From an uncultured Planctomycetia bacterium (GTDB lineage: Bacteria; Omnitrophota; Gorgyraeia; Duberdicusellales; Duberdicusellaceae): DNA of 47,641 bases. How positions within the stretch are numbered: position 1 is the first letter of the stretch; each line of letters begins with the position of its first letter. The stretch covers positions 137,128-184,768 of the forward strand of contig CAZWJT010000005.1 in NCBI GenBank assembly GCA_964634935.1. The letters run 5' to 3'. Under the pieces are notes generated by a model. It did not search any database. It was not told the origin of the DNA and saw only the letters and a list, made by a program, of their open reading frames with translations. Shown here in pieces: positions 45,276-47,641 of this stretch. The position numbers and the translations under genes are program-made.

Positions 45276-47603
45276 TTATTTGGCAGGGAATTTCACCTGG
45301 GGTTCAGATTCTTGCTTTTCAATCTTGTCGAGTTCTTCGAGGTTATAGCGCGCAGGGAAAAACATCGGGTCAACCTCTAAAGCCTTCAACCAAGATGCCC
45401 GTGCTTTGCTGAAATTATGCATCAGCGCGTAAACATATCCAAGATCGTAGTGCCCCTGGGCAAGAAACGGACTATTTTCGATTTCCTTCTGAAGTTCTGA
45501 AAGCGCAAGATCAAATCGCTTGACGGTCAAGTATAAAAAGCCAAGCTGTTTATGAATACCTCCGAGGTTCGGTTGTATTTTCAACCCATAGTGAAGAGTT
45601 TGGATTGCTTCTTCAACAAATCCCTTCTGGTTGTATTCTTGAGACTTCCGAAAATATTCCGTGCTTAAGTTTAAACTTCCAATGACCCGGTTTATATCTT
45701 CGCGGGTAAGCTGCTCTGTGGTACCATAAAATTTCCGGTCAAATATCGGTTGGTACACAGTCGTCCGGTACCGTTCGATATTCTTCTTTGAATCTTTAAA
45801 ACGATAGACCCGGTAGTAGGAATTCTGATAAACAAGCTCAAAATTTTTCAGACGCTCGGGATAAAACTGAAAGGTAAAGACTAAATCGGAATCCTTGATG
45901 TCCGTTTTCCCGGCTATGAAACTATACGAATCGTTGCTCCGGTCAAGAAAAATCCTGCTTGTGTATACAAAGTAATCGACCCCGTATTTTCTGCAAAAAT
46001 CAGCGAATTGATCCTCATCAGAAAAAAGGCTGAAGATAAATTCTTTTACCTTCAAACGAAGCCTGGTGGTTTCAAACTTCGAGTGAATGACAATCGGCCT
46101 TTGAGCGTAAGCTGCAATGTTGGCAGAAAAACCGAAATCAGCCAGGAAAACACTCGTTGGTTCCGTAGAAGAACGTATCCAGGCAAAAAGATTTTTGGGG
46201 TTTACGTCTAAATCCGGTAACGTCTGTTGTGGAGAAGAAAAATGCTTATAGACAAAAGTTTTGAAAGCTGTCGGTTTACTTACGGATAAAAACTGTCCAA
46301 TCTCTAAAAAGAGAAGAAGCCCAACCAACCCCAAAATCACCCTGCTTTTCGTCTTCTGAATAAGGGAACCCGCTACAAGCGCTAAAAAAAACACAAGAAA
46401 AACACCGTTTCGCCGAACAAGAAAAAACAATACAAGAAAAACAACTGTCATAAAAACGAGAACAATATCGAATTTAATCCGGTAGCGCCTGGCAAAAAGA
46501 AAGCTGAGCGCGGCGGTAACCAACAAGGGAAAAAAGTTAAGCACAATGTAGGCAAGGTCTGGAGAATGAAACTCCTCAATCCACATAACCCTTGCCTCAT
46601 ACGGAAGAAGGTGCGGATTGTCGGGCTTTATACCAAGAAACCTAAGTTTGTGGAAAAAAAGATTAAAAATATGAGCGTAAGAATCCGCAAGGGGAAAACT
46701 GGTTAAAAGACCAATGACCATCGTTCCAATCAAGGTGATTTTCGCAGTACACAAGTTCTTCGAGCACAAAACGGCATAAATCGAGAGCCCGAAACAAAGA
46801 ATCATCGGGAAAGATACGATAAAATTATTCTGACGCAAAAATGGATTCAGGAGTGAGAAAATCGCCAGGAAACCAGTCCCATACCAAATCTTTTCTTTTA
46901 TTTCGCCTAAACTTTCTCTGGCAAAGACCGCTTTCAGTACGAGTGCAAAAACAAACAAAAGTAAGAAAAATCGGCTCAAATGCCAGGAAATAAGCGCTAT
47001 CGCTATGGAAAAAGCCCATAGCAGAGAAAATAGGATTTTTTTGTATCCGCCAGGGGGGGTGCGAATAAAAAAGAAATAGAAACCAAAGAACAGAAAAGGA
47101 AGAGCAAAATCTTCACTCAGGTAATTGCCGATGGTTCGGCCGAATGCGGGAACCGCAAAGGCATAGAAAAACGCAGAAAACAAAGCTGCAAAATCATCAC
47201 GCCAAAAGTTCCGAGCCACGAAAAAAACAGCCAGAATCGACAGAGATGAGAAGAAACAAACAAAGTACAAAAGAAAAGTATGAAAACTCACTTCGGGGGA
47301 GATAAAGCGGAACAAACTCCCTGTCACAAATTCCATGAATGTAGTAAGCGACTTCTCCACGTTGAGACCTTCTGGATACTGCAACGCCCTATCAACAGAT
47401 GGAATGGGTTTCCCTGCAGCAACAAGCTTGGCAAATCTATATTGAAGTGCTCCTTCAGAATTAAACAAACAGACGTCGCTCTTGGGATTGTAGAGGGGGT
47501 ATCTCCGAAACAGTTGGACCTTATAGAAAGCTACATAGGTATAAAGAAGCAGAAGAAAACCGAGAAAAATCAAAGGGGCATACTTTTTCTGCATGGCGAG
47601 CAT
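45276..47603 (-). CDS. GT-C superfamily membrane glycosyltransferase, DPY19-like/STT3-related, with C-terminal TPR domain (775 aa)
   Basis: Multi-TM hydrophobic residues ~10-440; loop-1 FNSEGALQY and DRALQYPEG; RTIGNYLSEDFALPF; soluble domain WIRSSTEPTSVFLADFG..RPIVIHSKFE..LR; FELVYQNSYYRV; about 3 TPRs at residues ~648-757. GT-C fold is well supported; donor and acceptor are unknown. Confidence 0.8.
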   Translation of the reverse strand: MLAMQKKYAPLIFLGFLLLLYTYVAFYKVQLFRRYPLYNPKSDVCLFNSEGALQYRFAKLVAAGKPIPSVDRALQYPEGLNVEKSLTTFMEFVTGSLFRFISPEVSFHTFLLYFVCFFSSLSILAVFFVARNFWRDDFAALFSAFFYAFAVPAFGRTIGNYLSEDFALPFLFFGFYFFFIRTPPGGYKKILFSLLWAFSIAIALISWHLSRFFLLLFVFALVLKAVFARESLGEIKEKIWYGTGFLAIFSLLNPFLRQNNFIVSFPMILCFGLSIYAVLCSKNLCTAKITLIGTMVIGLLTSFPLADSYAHIFNLFFHKLRFLGIKPDNPHLLPYEARVMWIEEFHSPDLAYIVLNFFPLLVTAALSFLFARRYRIKFDIVLVFMTVVFLVLFFLVRRNGVFLVFFLALVAGSLIQKTKSRVILGLVGLLLFLEIGQFLSVSKPTAFKTFVYKHFSSPQQTLPDLDVNPKNLFAWIRSSTEPTSVFLADFGFSANIAAYAQRPIVIHSKFETTRLRLKVKEFIFSLFSDEDQFADFCRKYGVDYFVYTSRIFLDRSNDSYSFIAGKTDIKDSDLVFTFQFYPERLKNFELVYQNSYYRVYRFKDSKKNIERYRTTVYQPIFDRKFYGTTEQLTREDINRVIGSLNLSTEYFRKSQEYNQKGFVEEAIQTLHYGLKIQPNLGGIHKQLGFLYLTVKRFDLALSELQKEIENSPFLAQGHYDLGYVYALMHNFSKARASWLKALEVDPMFFPARYNLEELDKIEKQESEPQVKFPAK

Positions 47604-47641
47604 AGGGTTTTATCTTAACACAAAATCATGAAAAGTAAACC

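Noticed and set aside
47053-47059. G7/C7 tract in the GT-C gene and several A8 runs as possible phase-variation sites
   Set aside because: The tracts are short, frames are intact, and the runs match Pro-Pro or Phe/Lys codons in a homopolymer-rich genome.
322-47618. All plus-strand ORFs in the track (e.g. 322-594, 13355-13711, 20692-21132, 32327-32707, 35930-36526, 37539-37880, 47280-47618) and short alternative-frame minus ORFs
   Set aside because: They lie over or antisense to well-supported genes, show no recognisable motifs, and are typical shadow ORFs.

Overview
A roughly 47.6 kb housekeeping region from a diderm, LPS-producing bacterium. The gene order suggests Omnitrophota/OP3 or a related deep lineage; this is inference and cannot be verified here. 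All 51 CDS and 3 tRNA genes I can support lie on the minus strand, tightly packed with many stop/start overlaps. In transcription order (right to left): DPY19-like GT-C glycosyltransferase with TPR tail, membrane TPR protein, three GT9 LPS-core transferases, heptose kinase, kdsB-pyrG-kdsA-kdsD-kdsC, TPR protein, tRNA-Ile2/Tyr/Val, C4 zinc-ribbon protein, RNase HI, yebC-ruvC-ruvA-scpB, pheA-hisC-aroF-tyrA-cmk, lepA-lepB-pgsA-plsY, TPR protein, polA-glgA-coaE-rho, rpmE-prfA-prmC-murA, trpGDCFBA (no trpE), M16 peptidase, rsfS, argS, recJ, comF, and lptF running off the left edge. I found no mobile element, CRISPR array or rRNA. Two signals stand out. (1) The 775-aa GT-C protein at 45276-47603 matches, along its length, motif blocks I recall from eukaryotic DPY19 tryptophan C-mannosyltransferases, keeps a degenerate STT3-like 'ADFG' at the WWDYG position, and has a TPR fusion. 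(2) An rsfS gene missed by the ORF track appears to start at a non-canonical ATT codon behind a strong Shine-Dalgarno. Where I shortened an ORF-track start, the evidence says so. Family assignments come from motif recognition, not database searches.
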